Below, piece by piece: positions 60,792-64,000 of a stretch of 64,000 bases of DNA. This DNA comes from the human T2T-CHM13v2.0 reference genome, Homo sapiens, in the NCBI RefSeq assembly GCF_009914755.1, contig NC_060931.1; one strand, given 5' to 3'. The notes under the pieces were generated by a model. That model had not been told where the DNA came from. It ran no database searches and worked only from the letters and a program-made list of their open reading frames with translations. The first letter of the stretch is position 1. Every line of letters starts with the position of its first letter. Made by a program: the position numbers and the translations under genes.

Positions 60792-61022
60792 CTCCAGGGT
60801 CCGTATCTCCTGCTCGGTGAGGTCGTTGGACACAGCGCACTTGGTGCCCAGCCCGCGCAGGCTGCCAATGGAGATGCCGATGAGCTTCTGGAGCTGTCCG
60901 CACTGCTGCAGCCCCGGGCTGGCCGGGGCCCCTGCGCCACCCTCAGCGGCCGCTGCATCACCCCCGCCACCGCCCTCCTTCTTCTCTCCCATCGCCTCCG
61001 CGCGCAGTGCCGCCCTATGCAG
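60792..61022 (-). pseudogene. KSR1: KSR1 exon 1 coding part, duplicated fragment, copy 2
   Basis: Same peptide as copy 1 with A>P and R>G changes; ATG at 60992; donor GAG|GTAAGG at 60792/60791. Confidence 0.93.
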
Positions 61023-61172
61023 GCCACAGCGGCCGAGGCAGGGAGCCCGGGGCTCGGGCGCCTAGGCAAGGAACCCCCGAGCCGGGAGAGCTGGACCGGG
61101 AGCGCCCCTCGGCGCTGCCCTTGCCAGGACGCCAGTAGAGCTGGCAGCGGAGTCTGCCGCTCCCGCCCTCAG

Positions 61173-61495
61173 AGCCGCGGCGGCGGGAGCAGAAAGCCGC
61201 GGCGGCAAAAAGCCGCGGCGACGGGGGCAAAAAGCCGCGGCGGCGCAGGCAAAAAGCTTAGGCGGCGGGGGCAAAAAGCCGCGGCGGCAAAAATGCGCGG
61301 CGGCGGGGCAAAAAGCCGCGGCGGAAGAAAGCCGCCGGGGCGGGGGCAAAAAGCCGCGGCGGGGGGGACAAAAAGCAGTGGGAGCTGGGGCAAAAAAACC
61401 ACAAAAAGCCGCGGCGGCGGGGACCAAAACGCCGCGGCGGCGGAGGCAAAAAGCTGCAAAAGCCGCGGTGTGGGGGCAGAAAGCCGCAGCGGGAG
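61173..61495. repeat. GC-rich CAAAAAG-type minisatellite, short copy (~320 bp)
   Basis: Same units as 15327-16296. Confidence 0.92.
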
Positions 61496-62165
61496 AAAGT
61501 CTCACTCCAAATTCCCTTGCTTCAGTAAGCTTCTCTAGGCCAATGTTCCTTCGGCATTACCCATTTTCTTCCTGTGAATGCAAATCACATAAACATGGAA
61601 GTACATTTGACCATTTTAATTGTTTAACATTCCATGTCACACGACCTTCCACAATAGAATCAATGTATTAAAATGTGTTAACGACCACACATTTTACACA
61701 AATGCCATGAATCCTTAAGGTGTTCCAATTTATAAAATATGTCTGCAAATCATACTTTATGATGCTTTGTATTCTGTCGGTAATTGGATGTCATATATTT
61801 AAATTCTATTAAACTGCTTATTAAAATGTCCAGTGCCTCTTTTCTTGCATGGCCACAAATATTGTCACTTTAAATCAGCACCTTTCAAAGTTAGTTTCAT
61901 GACGACTCAAGATACTTTAAACTATTTTAGAAAGTCTCAAAATAATTCAAAAATAATTCATTTAGTTAACATATTTTGTAAATATACATATTCTATGTAT
62001 TAATTTAAATTTGGAATAAGTCAAGGAAGAGATATAAAATGTCTTTAAAAGGTATTACAACTGTAAGTAATCAAAGAAGGAAAAACAAACAAACAGAATA
62101 AACTGTTAAAGGGCCAGAATACTAGGAAGAACTTAAAAAGTAGTAAGCAATACATACTTCCTCAC

Positions 62166-62382
62166 CTATATAATATCAAAGAGTTTGGGATACCCACAGA
62201 AGCGACTGTGAAAACCTCTGAGACCATCCTCTGTGTTGGTGTCTCCTTAAATCAATGGGATAAATACTGAAAATCTTGTCCAATAGCAATCCAATTTAAG
62301 AAGTCACCATAGGTATAAATAGCAAACAATTATATGTTCCCCATCATGGCCAAATGTATCATGTGAGCCATATGTGAGCCAT
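62166..62382 (-). pseudogene. Candidate decayed coding exon of an unidentified gene
   Basis: ttttgtag|...ATAG|gtgag boundaries and a protein-like translation interrupted mostly by TGA codons. Parent gene not recognised. Confidence 0.3.
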
Positions 62383-62489
62383 CTACAAAATCAATTATTC
62401 AGCAATTCAGTTCATTTCATTGAGACAATATTAATAAAAGGATCAAAAGAACTATCGTCTGATTATGTCATACACAATAAATCACCAAC

Positions 62490-63120
62490 TATTTATCAAA
62501 AACTGTTCTTTCCATTCTACCTCTGTGGTTATTGCCTTAGGTCAGACACCATCACCTCTCACCTGAATTAATGTATTAAGTTTTTAATGGGTCTCCCTAT
62601 CTCCAATCTCACCAACCCCAGATTACCCTTTAATGATTTCACATTACCTTGAAAATAACTAGGCACTTATTTTTGTGCTCTGGTACAAAAATGCCTTTGT
62701 CTGTTGCCACACAGGCCATTATCTCATGGAAAACCTGTTTTCCAGCTGTGTTGAATTCAGTAGTATTCATAGACCCAACACAATCTCTTCTTGTCTTTAA
62801 TGTGACGTTTATCCTGAAAAGAGTGCTTTTCTCTCACACTCCCTGTATATCTGGTTGGCTTATCCTTGAATACCCTACTCAAACTTTACCTTCCCCAAGC
62901 ACAGTTTTCCATGGTCTCCTCAATGCTGAGCTGCCCTTCTCTGTGGTCCTTTTGCAACAGCTACCAAGCCATTTCTTACATGGCATTTACTGTCTCCTCT
63001 CCTAGAACAATTTCTTAAGACTAGAAACCATGTCTTAATTATCTTTGTGTCCTAGTATCTGAATGTCTGCAATATGGAAAAAACACTCCACTGGTGTTTG
63101 TTCAAAGGATGAATAAATAA
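62490..63120 (+). mobile_element. L2 3' remnant
   Basis: ccatcacctctcacctg...tctttgtgtcctagtatctg...tgtttgttcaaaggatgaataaat. Confidence 0.55.
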
Positions 63121-64000
63121 ACATTTCCTAAAATTGCCTGATACTAAGAATCGCTCAGGTGCTAATTAAAAATTCAGATCGCCAAGCTAAGATTTATATT
63201 GACCAGTATGAATTGAGGCAGAAGATTTTGTACATTTATCAGGTATCCCAAATGATTTTCATAATGAGGAAACTGAGAGAATTTAATCATAAGAGATAGG
63301 AAAATCTGTCTTTGCATGAAATTTCTCTGTCCTCCGTCCATGGGTTACTTGTTTTTGAGGTATCCATGAGGATACTCCTCCCCCTTTATCTGATACCTAA
63401 CTGTGCTGTGCAAGAAAAACAAAACAATTTTTCATCATATAAGGGCATGAGGCTAATCTATCCTTAGCTCAGAATATAAACTCAGCAAGGGGCTTAAATA
63501 TGATTTCAACATTGTTTGTATTCTTTCAGCTAGCGTTTTCAATGTGGCCTAAAAATGTCATGACTCAGAGTACTTATTTGTAGAATTGCTTCAAAATTTT
63601 ATCTAAACCATTATAATTTCACACCTGGCATTGAAACTACCTAGTTTGCCTGCAAGAACTCCACTTACTTGGCAAATATACAGTACTTGCTGAGACTAAC
63701 TTAGTGTGTAATGCTTTATCCTATAACTCTAGGAATACAAACATTTAAAAAAAAAAAAAAAGGCTGTTCCATGTTGCCTCTATTCAGCATACCTTACTCC
63801 TAATTTCCTGCAATACTCTCTTCACCTCTACCACTCAGGGGAAACTTTTTTTCTGAAAGTCACAAAGAAGCTCTGAATTACCAAATCTAACAAATTTTCT
63901 TCCCATATCCATTGGCTTCTAACTAACAGTACGAGGCAAGTCTTTCTTCAATGCCCATTCCTTGTTGGATTCCTGGCCTTCCTATTTCTCTCTCTGCAAC

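Larger units (their letters stand above)
57981..61172 (-). pseudogene. KSR1: KSR1 duplicon, copy 2
   Basis: Near-identical to 12161-15326; the ORF tracks repeat at an offset of ~45.8 kb. Confidence 0.7.
52710..61495 (+). repeat. Segmental duplication module, copy 2
   Basis: Homology starts in an A-run at ~52710 and ends inside the GC-rich array at ~61495. Confidence 0.92.
60480..61495. promoter_or_regulatory. CpG-island-like region, copy 2
   Basis: As for copy 1. Confidence 0.6.

Noticed and set aside
52710-61495. Module copy 2 as a retrotransposed (SVA-like) insertion into an INTS4 intron
   Set aside because: No TSD, the A-run is on the wrong strand for a KSR1-sense transcript, and INTS4 sequence (the preceding exon) does not resume after 61495.

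Overview
Human or great-ape genomic DNA from a pericentromeric-type segmental-duplication mosaic. No intact protein-coding gene is present. Architecture on the + strand: AT-rich old-L1 block (1-9725) | (CATTT/CAT)n satellite | KSR1 exon 1 plus proximal intron 1 duplicon on the - strand | GC-rich GGGGGCAAAAAGCCGCGGCGGC ('CAAAAAG') array | unrelated repeat-rich block (16297-27184) | ~25.5 kb INTS4 duplicon with four coding exons on the - strand (probably exons 7-10, one carrying a TAG) | second direct copy of the ~9 kb L1/satellite/KSR1/CAAAAAG module (52710-61495, offset ~45.7-45.8 kb) | a third block with a candidate decayed exon. The main observation is that the second module places KSR1 exon 1 (intact phase-0 donor, CpG-rich array upstream) upstream of the INTS4 exons on the same strand and in the same reading frame. 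This gives a potential KSR1-INTS4 chimeric transcription unit, with splice routes that bypass the stop. Gene identities and repeat subfamilies come from my recollection of the sequences, not from database searches. INTS4 pseudogenes are known at human 7q11, but the locus cannot be confirmed from the sequence alone.
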